From an uncultured Chloroflexia bacterium (lineage in GTDB: Bacteria > Chloroflexota > Limnocylindria > Limnocylindrales > CSP1-4), in assembly GCA_963746845.1 (NCBI GenBank), contig CAVVCZ010000004.1, positions 288,001 through 352,000 of the forward strand: a DNA stretch of 64,000 nt. The letters are read 5' to 3'. Below the pieces are notes generated by a model. The model was not told the origin of the DNA. It saw only the letters and a list, made by a program, of their open reading frames with translations, and made no database searches. Of the stretch, positions 1 through 11,030 are shown piece after piece. Every line of letters starts with the position of its first letter. The stretch's first letter is position 1. Both the position numbers and the translations under genes were made by a program.

Positions 1-1072
1 GCCGTTCCTCCGGCTCCACATGGGTCAGGCCGACTTCTCGTCCTTCCCGGACACGCTCGACAGCGTCCAGGCCGTGAACCTGCTGAACGCGAAGTACCCG
101 ACCGGATCCGGTCTCGAGCTGTCGGTCGTCGTGACCGACGCGGATCAAGCCGCGACGAAGGCGGCGATCGACAAGATGACCGTGGCGGCTACGGCCATCC
201 CCGGCGTCAGCGGGCCACCGGAGACGACTCTGGCCGCCGACGGCCAGACCGCGTTCATCTCCTACAAGATGTCCGGCGACCCGAACGACCCCCACAACCA
301 GGACGTCATCCGCCAGATGCGTGCGGAGGTCGTGCCGGCGGCATTTGCCGGCCTCACTGGCCCGCGGGTTCTCGTCACCGGCGACGCGGCCACGACGCTC
401 GACGTGGTCGACTTCTACGCCCGGGGGATGCCCGAGGTGATCGTCTTCGTCCTGACGCTGTCGTTCCTGCTCCTGCTCGTCGCGTTCCGCTCGATCGTCA
501 TCCCGATCAAGGCGATCCTGCTGAACCTGCTCTCGACGGGCGCCGCCTTCGGCCTGATGGTCGTCGTGTTCCAGGAGGGCTGGCTGGACGGGCCGCTCGG
601 GTTCAAGCCGGGGCCGATCGAGGCGTTCGTCCCGGTTTTCATCTTCACGATCCTGTTCGGGCTGTCGATGGACTACCACGTCTTCATCCTCACCCGGATC
701 AAGGAGGCCCGGGATCACGGGATGAGCTCGAACGAGGCGGTCGCCCGCGGGATCTCGATCACGGCCGGCACGATCACGAGCGCGGCCGCGATCATGGTCT
801 GCGTCTTCGCGGTGTTCGTGACGCTGCCGCTCACGATCATCAAGCAGCTCGGCTTCGGGCTCTCGGTCGCGGTGTTCATCGACGCGACGATCGTCCGCTC
901 GATCCTCCTGCCCGCCACGATGCGGCTCCTCGGGGAGTGGAACTGGTGGCTGCCGCGCTGGCTCGGCTGGCTGCCCCACGTCACGATCGAGGGCGAGATC
1001 GACGACGAGGAACCGGACGAGCCCGCGGGGGACGGCGGCGTCCGCATCGGGGTCCCCGACCCGACCGCCTGA
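1..1072 (+). CDS. MMPL/RND family transporter, C-terminal part (5' end outside window)
   Basis: Multiple TM helices; MMPL motifs LFGLSMDYHVFILTRIKE, TITSAAAIM, DATIVRSILLPA. Confidence 0.9.
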   Translation, partial: PFLRLHMGQADFSSFPDTLDSVQAVNLLNAKYPTGSGLELSVVVTDADQAATKAAIDKMTVAATAIPGVSGPPETTLAADGQTAFISYKMSGDPNDPHNQDVIRQMRAEVVPAAFAGLTGPRVLVTGDAATTLDVVDFYARGMPEVIVFVLTLSFLLLLVAFRSIVIPIKAILLNLLSTGAAFGLMVVVFQEGWLDGPLGFKPGPIEAFVPVFIFTILFGLSMDYHVFILTRIKEARDHGMSSNEAVARGISITAGTITSAAAIMVCVFAVFVTLPLTIIKQLGFGLSVAVFIDATIVRSILLPATMRLLGEWNWWLPRWLGWLPHVTIEGEIDDEEPDEPAGDGGVRIGVPDPTA

Positions 1073-1144
1073 CGGGCGATGTCGCCCGGCGAGGCGTGAC
1101 GAACGGCCCTTGAGGGGCGACCCGCCGCGGGTGACGCTGACCGC

Positions 1145-2884
1145 ATGGGCGGGAGCGCGATCGACAGCGCGGAACGCCCGTGGCTCGCGCGGTACGACCA
1201 CGGGGTTCCGCCGACCCTCGAATACCCGGCGATCCGGTTGGACGGGCTGCTCCGACGAGCGGCGGACCACTACCCGGACCTGACCGCATCGGTCTTCTTC
1301 GGCCGGAGGACGGCGTACGCAGAGCTGGATGCGGCCGTCGATCGGATCGCGGGCGGGTTGCGCCGCCTGGGCCTCGCGCCGGGCGCGCGGATCGCGTTGT
1401 TCCTGCCGAACTGCCCGCAGCTCGTCGAAGGTCTCGAGGCCGTCTGGCGGGCCGGCCATGTCGCGGTTCCGGTGAACCCGCGTACGTCCGGCCCTGAGCT
1501 CGTCGCCCTGCTCACCGATTCGGGTGCTCAGGTGCTCGTCGCGCTCGATCGTCTGTGGAACCGGCTCGGGTCCGTCGATCTCCCGGGCAGCGTCCGGGCC
1601 GTGTTCATCGCCGATCTCGCGGACTCCCTGCCGTTGCCGATGCGATTCGGCGCGCGACTGGCCGGGCGGCGCGGATCTCCGAACCCGCCGGCCGCGTCCG
1701 CCACGCAGGACGTCCTGCCCTTCCGGGACCTGTGCCGCGCCGATCCGGTCGACCGCGACCGGGCGTCCGCCGGGCCGGACGATCCAGCCGTCCTGCTCCC
1801 CACGGGTGGCACGACCGGCCTGCCGAAGCTCGCCGTGCTCAGCCACCGGAACCTCGTCGCCAACGCCTGCCAGCTGGGTGCGTGGGCGGCGAGCCTGAAC
1901 GAGGGCGACGAGGTGATGCTGTCCGCGCTCCCGCTCGCCCACGGCTACGCGATGACGGCCTGTCTCAATGTCTCGATCCTCCGTGGCTGGACCCAGGTCC
2001 TCGTCCCGGATCCGCGGAACATCCCATCCGTCCTGGATGCGATCGAGCACGAACGGGTCACGGTCTTCCCGGGCGTCCCGACGCTCTATGCGGCGATCTG
2101 CGCCGACCCGGGGGTCCGCGCCGGGCGACGCGATCTCCGGTCGGTCGAGATCTGCATCAGCGGCGCCGCGACGTTGCCCTCGGCCGTCCAGGCGGAGTTC
2201 GAGCGGCTGACCGGCGGCCGTCTCGTCGAGGGCTACGGACTGACCGAGGCGTCGCCCGCGACGCACTGCAACCCGCTCGACGGCCACGAGCGGACGGAGG
2301 GCATCGGCCTGCCGCTGCCGGACACCGACTGCCGGCTCGTCGACCTCGACGCCGAGCGCCGGCTCGTCGGGCCGGGCGAGCCGGGTGTGCTGTGCATCCG
2401 CGGACCGCAGGTCATGGCGGGCTACTGGCACCGCCCGGAGGACACCGCGCTCGCGCTTCGGCCCGACGAGGATGGTCGGACCTGGCTGCACACCGGTGAT
2501 ATCGCCGTCGCCTCGGTCGACGGCTTCTTCCGGATCATCGACCGCAAGAAAGACGTGATCGTCGCCGCGGGTGGGTTGAAGGTCTACCCGGCCGAGGTCG
2601 AGGATGTCCTCTCGACCCACCCGAAGGTCCGCCTGGCCGCGGTCGTCGGTGTGCCGCCGGGCGGCTCGGACCAGCGCGCGAAGGCGTTCGTGGTGCCACG
2701 TGACGGCGACCCGCCGGACCCCGACGAGATCCTGGCATTCCTGCGCCAGCGTCTCGCGCCGCACAAGGTCCCGCGGGCCGTGGAGCTGCGGCCGGACCTG
2801 CCGCTGGCCTTCACGGGGAAGGTCCTGCGGCGCGTGCTGGCCGAGGAGGACTCTGTGGCCCCGGTGGCCGCCGACACGTCGTGA
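1145..2884 (+). CDS. Long-chain fatty acid--CoA ligase (AMP-binding)
   Basis: PTGGTTGLPK P-loop, EGYGLTE, LHTGD, DRKKD and GKVLRR adenylation motifs. Confidence 0.92.
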   Translation: MGGSAIDSAERPWLARYDHGVPPTLEYPAIRLDGLLRRAADHYPDLTASVFFGRRTAYAELDAAVDRIAGGLRRLGLAPGARIALFLPNCPQLVEGLEAVWRAGHVAVPVNPRTSGPELVALLTDSGAQVLVALDRLWNRLGSVDLPGSVRAVFIADLADSLPLPMRFGARLAGRRGSPNPPAASATQDVLPFRDLCRADPVDRDRASAGPDDPAVLLPTGGTTGLPKLAVLSHRNLVANACQLGAWAASLNEGDEVMLSALPLAHGYAMTACLNVSILRGWTQVLVPDPRNIPSVLDAIEHERVTVFPGVPTLYAAICADPGVRAGRRDLRSVEICISGAATLPSAVQAEFERLTGGRLVEGYGLTEASPATHCNPLDGHERTEGIGLPLPDTDCRLVDLDAERRLVGPGEPGVLCIRGPQVMAGYWHRPEDTALALRPDEDGRTWLHTGDIAVASVDGFFRIIDRKKDVIVAAGGLKVYPAEVEDVLSTHPKVRLAAVVGVPPGGSDQRAKAFVVPRDGDPPDPDEILAFLRQRLAPHKVPRAVELRPDLPLAFTGKVLRRVLAEEDSVAPVAADTS

Positions 2885-2995
2885 CGCCGGCCTCGTCCAC
2901 CCGATGACCAATGGCACTGGGTTCGTGCGACTGACGGCCAGACACTGACGACAGGACCAGTTGTCGCTGTCTGCGCACGCCCGAGGTTTGTTGCC

Positions 2996-4687
2996 ATGAC
3001 AACCGCCTTCACGAGCCGGCCCGCGCCGTCCCGTCTTCCCGTCTCCACCCAGCCATCCGACCAGGGAGCGGAGGTGCCGCCGGTGACCCCGGTCACCCGC
3101 GAGCGGGCGACCCGGCCGCGTCTCGATGAGGTCGAGCTGGAGGGCCGCGTCCGCGGCATCCTCAACCGCTGGCCATCGGTCGGTTTCGCGCTCGGCGTCG
3201 TGCAGGACGGTCGCCTCGCGTTCTTCTCGGGACACGGCGTCGCGGATCTGGTCACGAACGCGCCGGTCACGGAGGACACGATCTTCCGGATCGCGTCGAT
3301 CACGAAGACGTTCACCGCGATCGCGATCCTGCAGCTCCACGAGCGCCGGCTGATCGACCTCGACGCGCCCGCCAACGAGTACCTCAAGTCGTACGAGCTG
3401 GTGCCCGCGTCGTCGACCTTCCGGCCGGCCACCGTCCGGCACCTGCTGACCCACACCGCCGGCATCGCCGAGCTCGTCCGCCCATCCGACCTGTTCCGCC
3501 CGGACTGGGGCGACAGCGTCACGATCGGCAGTCCGATGCCGACGCTCGCGGCGTTCTATCAGGGCGCGATCCGCCTGGACTTCGAGCCGGGCACGACCTG
3601 GATCTACAGCAATCACGGGTATGCGACGCTCGGACAGATTGTCGAGGACGTGACCGGACAGCCGCTGGCCGCGTACTTCCGCGAGCACATCTTCGAGCCG
3701 CTCGGGATGGCCGATACGGACCTCGTCCGGTCCGACGAGGTCCGCGCGCGACTCGCGGTCGGCTACCGGATGAGCCGGCGCGGTCCCGAGGCGATCGCCG
3801 ACCGCGAATGGGTGACCGCAGGCGCGTCCTCGATCTACTCGACCATCCGCGACATGAGCCGCTATGTGGCCGCGCTGCTGGGTGGCGGCGCCAATGAGCA
3901 CGGCCGGATCCTGGAGCCCACGACGCTGGGCTCGATGTTCGCGGCGCATCACCAGCCCGATCCGCGTGTGCCGGGGATGGGCCTCGGGTTCGACCGCAAC
4001 AGCGTCGGCGGGCACCAGACGATCGGTCATGGTGGGATCCTGCCCGGGTTCAACACCCAGCTGTTCGTCGCGCCGGACGACGGCGTCGGCGTGATCGCCT
4101 TCACGAACGGGTCCAGCCAGGCGATGCTCTGGCTGCCGACCGAGCTCGGCCGGCTGCTCGGGCACCTGGTCGGGGCGCCGGAGGACGCGCTCCGCACGGA
4201 TGTCCCGCACCATCCCGAGATCTGGCCCGACATCGTCGGCCGGTATGAGCTGCGGGGCCGGATGTCCGACATCCGGGCCCGGATGATGCTCGGCGGCGGG
4301 GCGTCTGTCTCGGTGTGGAGCGGCCGACCTGTGCTCCGGATCCTGAGCCCGGTGCCGTGGCTGCTGGCCGGCCTCCCGCTGCACCCGGACGACGAGCGTG
4401 ACCCCTATGTGTTCCGGGTGGACCTCGCCCGGTTCGGGCTGCCGACCGCCCGGGTCGTGTTCCACGTGGAGCCCGGAAAGGGCGCGACCTCGGTCCATCT
4501 CGACCTGCTCCCCATCGCGCTCTTCAGGCGGACTCCGAGCGGTCGCGACCGGGCGGCCCGCGAACGGGCGGCGCGGGCGGCGGCGACGGCCTGGACGGCC
4601 TCGCTTGTCGCCACCGGAGTCGTGAGGATGATCCGCCGCCGCCGGCGGGGCGGACGCGCGCGGCGGACGGCGGCGCAACCGGGCTGA
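2996..4687 (+). CDS. Serine hydrolase (class C beta-lactamase-like/esterase) with C-terminal hydrophobic and polybasic tail
   Basis: IASITK (SxxK), LLTHTAG, YSN and HGG motifs. Confidence 0.88.
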   Translation: MTTAFTSRPAPSRLPVSTQPSDQGAEVPPVTPVTRERATRPRLDEVELEGRVRGILNRWPSVGFALGVVQDGRLAFFSGHGVADLVTNAPVTEDTIFRIASITKTFTAIAILQLHERRLIDLDAPANEYLKSYELVPASSTFRPATVRHLLTHTAGIAELVRPSDLFRPDWGDSVTIGSPMPTLAAFYQGAIRLDFEPGTTWIYSNHGYATLGQIVEDVTGQPLAAYFREHIFEPLGMADTDLVRSDEVRARLAVGYRMSRRGPEAIADREWVTAGASSIYSTIRDMSRYVAALLGGGANEHGRILEPTTLGSMFAAHHQPDPRVPGMGLGFDRNSVGGHQTIGHGGILPGFNTQLFVAPDDGVGVIAFTNGSSQAMLWLPTELGRLLGHLVGAPEDALRTDVPHHPEIWPDIVGRYELRGRMSDIRARMMLGGGASVSVWSGRPVLRILSPVPWLLAGLPLHPDDERDPYVFRVDLARFGLPTARVVFHVEPGKGATSVHLDLLPIALFRRTPSGRDRAARERAARAAATAWTASLVATGVVRMIRRRRRGGRARRTAAQPG

Positions 4688-4703
4688 GCCTGGTCCGAAC
4701 ACC

Positions 4704-6104
4704 GTGATCGGCCGGAGGCTCCCGCACGTCGATCGGCTGTCCGCCGAGGACCTGCTGATGCTGGACGTCGACGGCCGCTGGCCGCAGGAGAACGGGGCGA
4801 TCGCGATCGTTGAGGCCGGCGATCTCGTCGACGCCGATGGGCGGTTCCGGATCGAACGTGTGTGGGCGGTGCTGGAGCCACGCCTGGCCCGGGTGCCGCG
4901 GCTGCGCCAGGTGATCCGGACGCCCCGACGCGGGCTCGGCGGGCCGTTCTGGACGGATGCGCCGTCGTTCGACCTCCGGGACCATGTCCGGGTCGCTCCA
5001 TTCCCGGCGCCGCCGGACGAGGCTGGGTTGCTGCACGCGGTCGAGAGCCTCCGGCGATGCCGGCTCGAGCGCGGCCGGCCCCTCTGGGAGCTGTGGTTCG
5101 TGCCGGGTCTGGCAGATGGACGGATCGGCTTGTTCCTGAAGGTCCATCACGCCCTCGCCGATGGCCTCGCGACGATGGCGATGATGGCGGCGCTGCTCGA
5201 CGACCAGGGCACCGCGGTGGTCCCGGCGGTCGCCCGCCCATGGCTGCCGGCGCCCCCGCCGTCTCCCGTCGCGCTGGCCGTCGACAACCTCGGCCGTCGA
5301 ACCCGCGGGATCGCCGCCGTCGTCCGCGCGCTGGCGCGGCCCCGCACGACGATCGGCGGACTCCGCGACGCCTGGCCGGCGGTCCGCGAGGTTCTCGCGG
5401 AGCGGCCCACGCCCGCGACGAGCCTCGACCGGCTCGTCGGAGCCGATCGGGCCCTGTCGGTGGTCGGGACGCGGCTCGAGGTCGTCCAGGCGATCGCGCA
5501 CGGACACCGGGGGACCGTCAACGACGTCCTGCTGGCGATCACGGCCGGTGGGCTCCGGGCCATCCTCCGCCGGCGCGGGGAGCGGGTCGATGACCTCGAG
5601 GCGCGGGTGTACGTCCCGGTCTCGCTCCGGACCGACCGCTCCGGGCCGCAGGCGGGCAATCAGGTCGCTCAGATGGTCGTACCGGTCCCGCTCGGCGTCG
5701 CCGCCCCGGACGAACGGCTCCGGCGGATCGCCCGGGAGACCGCCCGACGGAAGGCACGAAGCCGGAGCCACCTCGGGACATGGTTCCGTCGAGGGCTCGT
5801 GACCCGGCTGCTGCTCAAGGCCGTGATCCGTCAACGGGTCAACGTCACGACCGCCAGCCTGCGCGGGCCGGAGAGACCGCTCCGGCTGGCAGGGTCGAGC
5901 CTCGTCGAGGTGATCCCGATCATCCCGCTGATCGGCAATGTCACGCTCGGGGTCGGTGCGCTGTCGTATGCCGGCGCCTTCACGATCGGGATCGTCGCCG
6001 ACAGAACGGCATATCCCGACCTCGAGGTGTTCACGGCGGCAGTCGAGGCGGATCTCCGGGCCCTCGCCCGATCGGTCGAGGCGAGGGTGGCCGGCGCCGC
6101 CTAG
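4704..6104 (+). CDS. Wax ester/triacylglycerol synthase family O-acyltransferase (WS/DGAT)
   Basis: RPLWE, HHALADG catalytic motif, TVNDVLLA, C-terminal LSYAG. Confidence 0.92.
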   Translation: MIGRRLPHVDRLSAEDLLMLDVDGRWPQENGAIAIVEAGDLVDADGRFRIERVWAVLEPRLARVPRLRQVIRTPRRGLGGPFWTDAPSFDLRDHVRVAPFPAPPDEAGLLHAVESLRRCRLERGRPLWELWFVPGLADGRIGLFLKVHHALADGLATMAMMAALLDDQGTAVVPAVARPWLPAPPPSPVALAVDNLGRRTRGIAAVVRALARPRTTIGGLRDAWPAVREVLAERPTPATSLDRLVGADRALSVVGTRLEVVQAIAHGHRGTVNDVLLAITAGGLRAILRRRGERVDDLEARVYVPVSLRTDRSGPQAGNQVAQMVVPVPLGVAAPDERLRRIARETARRKARSRSHLGTWFRRGLVTRLLLKAVIRQRVNVTTASLRGPERPLRLAGSSLVEVIPIIPLIGNVTLGVGALSYAGAFTIGIVADRTAYPDLEVFTAAVEADLRALARSVEARVAGAA

Positions 6105-6387
6105 CCGTGGTGTTCGCCTACCGGTCGTGCCGGCTGGTCGGCACTCCTGATGGTCGTCTGACCGTATGGCGTCGGCATGTCGGAAACGGTTCTCAGGATG
6201 GACCCATGGCGTTCCTCGTGATCGGGATTCCCGCGAGGTCAGTGACCTGGGCGAGCCCGCCAGCCGTCCGAGCCTCGCTCGTCCGGCCGATGAACGTGTC
6301 GCTGCGGACCCGCCTGGACACGGTCCGATGATGGGCGGCAGAGATGGCCGCCGCAAGGGCGCGGGCTTCGGCGGATCGCGCCTCGTC

Positions 6388-7030
6388 TCAACCGGCGGCC
6401 GACGCCGGGACGGATCTGCGCTCCGCGGCGGCCGCCGCCGGCGCCGGTGGTGACGCCACGGCGAGCGGCACGATCCTCATCATCGGGGTCGAACAGGTGG
6501 ATCACGGGTCGCCAGGTCGCCATGACGATCGCGATCAACGGAACGATGAGGAACATCCCGATCAGACCGCCGATCGCCGCGCCGGCCGGCGCAGCCAGCA
6601 GCACGATCGCCGGGTGGACCTGGACGGTGCGGCCCAGCACGAGCGGCGCCACGAAGTTCCGATCGTGATGTTGATGACGATCGTGAAGATCGCCATCAGC
6701 ACGATGGTCGTGCGGGTCGCCGGCGGCGATCGCGATCAGGAACGCGAGGCCGGTCGCGATGAACCCCCCGACGTACGGGATGAAGCCGGCGAAGAACGTC
6801 AGGACGCCGATCGGGAACGCGAGCGGCAGGCCGAGCAGGGTCATCATCAGGAACTGGAGCGTCCCGGCGACGAGGGAGATCAGGCCGGTTCCCAGGGTGC
6901 TGCCGTTGACGATCCGGGCCGCCTTCGCCCGGATTCGCCGATGACCGTCCGCTTGCGTGCCGGGAGCCGCGACAGCGCGCTGGTCCACCAGCCGCCGCCG
7001 TCGCGGAGGAAGAAGAACGTCAGCAACGTC
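6388..7030 (-). pseudogene. AI-2E family transporter, C-terminal half only, frameshifted and 5'-truncated
   Basis: LLTFFFLRDG near 7010, FIPYVGG, HPAIVLL and GMFLIVPLIA spread over different frames; no N-terminal half. Confidence 0.75.
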
Positions 7031-7276
7031 AACTTCCAGCGCCACTTCGACGGCTACGCCGACGGGTGGGCTGTGTGGGAAAGCTTCCCGGTGCTTGTGG
7101 CCGCTACCAAATCGCCGGCCGATCGAGACAACATTCTCGAGTCGATCACGTTCGTCGTCATGAACCCCCTGCAGCATTCGCCTCACTGGACCGCGTTTGT
7201 GGACTCGCTGCCCGCGCACATCCGGAAGGCCTATCTGGACGGGTACGCTCTGGACAAGCCGGGACAGTGGTGGTGA
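7030..7276 (+). pseudogene. C-terminal fragment of an unknown gene fused to the AI-2E break point
   Basis: Protein-like frame (FQRHFDGYADGWAVWESFP...KPGQWW*) with lower GC and no start of its own. Confidence 0.4.
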
Positions 7277-7341
7277 GGGCCGGGCGGCAGACGGATGCCG
7301 CCCCGATCGATGTTGTTGACGGCGGGAACAGCGAACCCGCG

Positions 7342-7370
7342 TTGGCCCGATGCCATCGCTGCGGTAGACT
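7342..7370 (+). promoter_or_regulatory. Putative sigma70 promoter of tRNA-Lys
   Basis: TTGGCC-17 nt-TAGACT about 40 nt upstream of the tRNA. Confidence 0.4.
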
Positions 7371-7407
7371 CGGCCGCGCCGATCGGCCCGAGGCCATCGC
7401 GCTCGCT

Positions 7408-7480
7408 GGGCCGGTAGCTCAATGGCAGAGCAACTGACTCTTAATCAGTTGGTTGGGAGTTCGAGTCTCCCGGCTCACCA
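7408..7480 (+). tRNA. tRNA-Lys (anticodon CTT)
   Basis: GGGCCGG-TAGCTCAATGGCAGAGC-ACTGA CT CTT AA TCAGT-GGGAG TTCGAGT CTCCC-GGCTC ACCA; the 3' acceptor strand appears 2 C short, probably a homopolymer error. Confidence 0.92.
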
Positions 7481-7497
7481 GCACCCTGAGCACGAAA

Positions 7498-7534
7498 GAG
7501 GCCTCCGGATCGCTCAGGGGGCCTCGTCTGTTTC
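7498..7534 (+). terminator. Hairpin after tRNA-Lys
   Basis: GAGGCCTCC...GGGGGCCTC stem followed by GTCTGTTTC. Confidence 0.45.
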
Positions 7535-7560
7535 GGCTCTGTACCGCATTCCGTACCCCT

Positions 7561-7965
7561 TTAAGCCGACGCGGCCGTCCCTCCGAGGATGGCGTCCGTC
7601 CGATCCGCAGCCCTGCCGAGCATCGTGTCGGTGAGGTGGCCGTAGACGTTCGCCGTCGTCGTGATGCTCGCGTGGCCGAGGATCCGCGAGACGACGGCGA
7701 GCTCCTCGCCCTGCTCGAGACGCAAGGTCGCGCAGGCGTGCCGAAGGTCGTGGAAGCGCTTTCGCGGTAGGCCTGCCGCGACGAGAGCCGCCTGGAACCG
7801 GTGCGTGACGGTCGCCGCGTCGAGCAATTCGCCGGTCGGCGAGGTGAACACGAAGTCATGATCATGCCAGCGCCGGCCAGAGGCGAGCCGCTCCTCAAGC
7901 TGCTGGCGGCGGTGTTCGCGGAGCGCGTTCACGAGCCCGCCGCCGAGTCGGAGGGTTCGGCGTGA
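7561..7965 (-). pseudogene. Tyrosine recombinase/integrase, C-terminal catalytic fragment
   Basis: RFHDLRH, LGHASITTTANVY (H-x-x-R, H and Y catalytic residues); N-terminal arm-binding and core domains missing. Confidence 0.9.
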
Positions 7966-8231
7966 TCATTCCGACGGCGGGCCACCACCTCTGGCTGGCA
8001 CCTTGACCGCCAGTTTGCCTAGTCTCTGCTGGACAAACCAGGGCCTTGGCTGAGCGTAACGACTACAGGCGCGACCTCGGGGCGTAATTGAAGTCCAATC
8101 GCCGGTCCAGCGGTCGCGGCCCTTTGGGGCCGAAGGGCTCTGGCGAGGTGTGTCCGTTCGCGCGACCGTTAGCGTGGGCTGGGACGGGACGCGGATCAGC
8201 GAGCCCTCGGCGGCCCTGCGTGGAGGCTGTC

Positions 8232-10261
8232 ATGCGAGCTCTGGGCGCGCCCTGTCTGGCGGCGCGCCTGACCCTCACCGGTGCCGCGTGCGTTCTGCTT
8301 GCGGGCGCGTCTGCTGGCCCGGCCGACCGGTCCCGCCGGAGCGACATCGCCGGCCGCGGACGGCGCGGGCTCGGTCATCGCGACCTACCGCGACCGGATC
8401 TCGGAGCTCATGGCCGAGCAGGGCATTCCCGGGCTGGCTGTCGCCCTCGTCGATCGTGACAAGGTGTTGTGGACCGAGGGCTTCGGCCACCTCGATGACG
8501 ACGGCTCGGGACCGGTCACGGTCGACACGATGTTCAGCGTCCAGTCGATGTCGAAGAACTTCACGGCCGTCGCCGTCATGCAGGCCGTCGGGGCGGGACT
8601 GCTGGACCTCGACGAGCCGATCACGACCTACCTGCCGGACTTCACTGTCCACAGCGCCTTCGAGGATCACCCCGAGCGGAAGATCACCCTTCGGATGCTC
8701 TTGGCGCACACGGCCGGGTTCACCCATGAGGCACCGATCGGCAACAACTACGAGCGGGATCCGGGGACCTTCGAGGAGCACGTACGCAGCATCTCGGACA
8801 CCTGGCTCCGCTTCCCGGTCGGCAGTGGCCAGGCCTACTCGAACCTCGGGATCGACCTGGCCGGCGCGATCCTCGCCCGGGTCAACGACGCTCCATTCGC
8901 GGCGGTCATGCGCGACTCGCTCCTCGAGCCGCTGGGGATGTCGCGGAGCACGTTCGACCGAGACGAGATCCGGGCTGCGACCAACCGGGCCATCGGTCAC
9001 ACGTACCCGACTCCGGACCTGCCGATCTTCGAGCCAATGACCGCCGCCGGCGGGCTCTACACGAGCGCGACCGATCTCGCTCGCTATCTCCGCTTCCAGC
9101 TCAACGACGGCTCGATCGACGGCTTGGAGCTGTTGGATCCCGCGCTGATGACCGAGATGCGGACCATCCCGGCGCCGCACGCCAACGCGCCCGCAGGCTA
9201 CGCGCTCGGCGTCACCCGCTACCGCTGGCATGCAGCCGGAAACGCCGAGCTGTTCGGCCATGGCGGTGGCGGGTTCGGCTTCCTGTCGGACCTGTTGTGG
9301 TCGCCGCCGCTCGGCGTCGGGATCGCCGTCCTGACGAACTCGACGGATCAGGACCCCCAGTTCGATCTGGCCCTCTCGATTCTCGGCGACCTCGTCCATG
9401 AGGCGGGCACCGTCTACCACGCTCGCCTGCTCGCCCTGCCCGCCACGGACGCGGCCCAGGATCCCGATAGTCAGTACCTCGCCCCCGCCGGGATGGCGGA
9501 TCTCGTGGCTGCCGCGGGCATGGTTCCGCTCGGAGATGAACCGACGCGCTGGGCGGGGTACGTCGGCGACTACCGGATCCTGAAGGGCGGATTCATCGAT
9601 CCTGGGTCGCCTCCCGGACGATTCTTCGTCGAGTCGGGGGTCCCGTACTTCGACGCGGACGAGGAGGATGGGCTGAACCGGCACCGCCTCACGGAGGTCG
9701 AACCGGGGGTCTTCCTCGCCGAGAATGGCGAGACGCTCGATCTCCGGGGTTCGCCGCCGACCTGGCGAAGCCTTGACCTCCGGCGTGTCGATGGCGGCCC
9801 GGCGGCGTGGCAGTGGCTCCTCGCTCGCGGGCACGGGCGCTGCGACGGTCGTCTGGCTGACCTGGCCGGTCGCTGCCGCCCTGCGGCGACGCCGCTCCGT
9901 GCTTGCTCCCCACGTCGCGTCGCAGGTGGATCGCCGCTGGGGCCGGTTGACCGTGCTTGCCGGGGTCGTCACTGCGTTCTTCGCGTTCGGCGCGATCACG
10001 ATCGTCTTGGTCCAGCCGGCCATCGTCGAGGCCGGGTTCCTCGGGTGGCTCGAGCTGCCGATCGCGCAGCGCATCCTGCTCCATACCCCACTCGCGCTGG
10101 CGGTCGCGGCCGCCTGCTTGGCGTTCATGGTCGGGCTGGGCAGCTTGCGCCGCCAATGGTCGTTCGCGACCACACGCTGGCACGGTTTGCTGGTTGCTGC
10201 GAGTCTCGCCCTCGTCGTCCAGCTCGCGGCATGGGGCCTGATCGGCTGGGGCCTGACCTGA
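8232..10261 (+). CDS. Exported serine hydrolase (beta-lactamase-like) with C-terminal TM helices; apparent frameshifts near 8310 and 9820
   Basis: GGAGG-ATG at 8232 with signal-like N-terminus; SMSK, LLAHTAG, YSN and HGG in the 8281 frame; TM region in the 9725-10261 frame. Confidence 0.75.
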
Positions 10262-10427
10262 GGCCATCCGACCCTGGACACGCTGCCCATCATCGCCAAC
10301 CGCGACCCAAGATCCTTCAGGGCTGCTCGACCACCTCGATGGCCACCGTCAGCATTGCCGCGACGGCAGGCGCCTCTGTCCAGGCTCGACCGATCAGGAA
10401 CGGGACAGTCCCCGACCGCACTGTGGC

Positions 10428-10584
10428 ACCGTCGCGCTCGCGACCGTCCCCTGGCCGCCTGGAGCTCTCACTGAGCGATCAGGCGCACGGTCTCGGCCGG
10501 CAGCTCGCCTTTCCCGATGAGGCGCTGGACGGTGGCGGCTCGGCGAGCGGCGTGGAGACCTTCGAGCGTCGATCGGCGCGACAT
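10428..10584 (-). pseudogene. Degenerate paralog of the 66-aa protein at 11163-11363
   Basis: MSRRSTLEGLHAARRAATVQRLIGKGELPAETVRLIAQ*ELQAAR then frameshifted DGRERDG; TGA replaces the conserved Trp; same leader. Confidence 0.8.
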
Positions 10585-10630
10585 CGGGCGACCTCCGGCG
10601 ATGGGGTCGCGCGCCGGTACTCAGCGACCG
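10582..10630 (-). repeat. ~48-bp leader repeat, copy 1
   Basis: CATCGGGCGACCTCCGGCGATGGGGTCGCGCGCCGGTACTCAGCGACCG matches 11361-11407 and 12363-12410. Confidence 0.85.
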
Positions 10631-10742
10631 TGATCTACGCCCCGACGCGACGGCGGGGAGAGCCTCCGCGCCGGGGATGCCGTGCATCGTGCGCCTCGCG
10701 ATCTACCCCGGATCAGCCGCGGGTGATCGAGGCGAGAGCGAC

Positions 10743-11030
10743 TCAGTTGCGCCCGTCGACCATGTTCTCCGACCGGGCCTGGACGGTCACGCGCTCGCGG
10801 CGGTATTCCTCCAGCGCGAACTGGAAGGCGACGTTCCAGAAGTCCGGAGCCTTCCGGAAGTCCGCCAGCATCTCGGTGCTCCGGAGCCACTCGTCCACCA
10901 GCGGCTCCGCGGTCCGGGCGCGCCCGGGTCCTATTGTGGGTTCGATCAGCCGGGGGCCCAGGTCGAGCCGGACGGCATGTGCCACCTGCGATCCGGCGGA
11001 GTCGAGCCATTGTTCGCCGACGTGGTCCAC
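10743..11030 (-). CDS. Hypothetical protein, possibly 5'-truncated
   Basis: Protein-like composition (DEWLRSTEMLADFRKAPDFWNVAFQFALEEY); weak start. Confidence 0.45.
   Translation of the reverse strand: MDHVGEQWLDSAGSQVAHAVRLDLGPRLIEPTIGPGRARTAEPLVDEWLRSTEMLADFRKAPDFWNVAFQFALEEYRRERVTVQARSENMVDGRN

Noticed and set aside
2996-10261. Serine hydrolases as antibiotic-resistance beta-lactamases
   Set aside because: SxxK/YxN/HxG motifs are shared with esterases and peptidases; no specific evidence for resistance
10468-10470. In-frame TGA as Trp/Sec recoding
   Set aside because: TGA is the usual stop across the window, and this copy is also frameshifted and truncated
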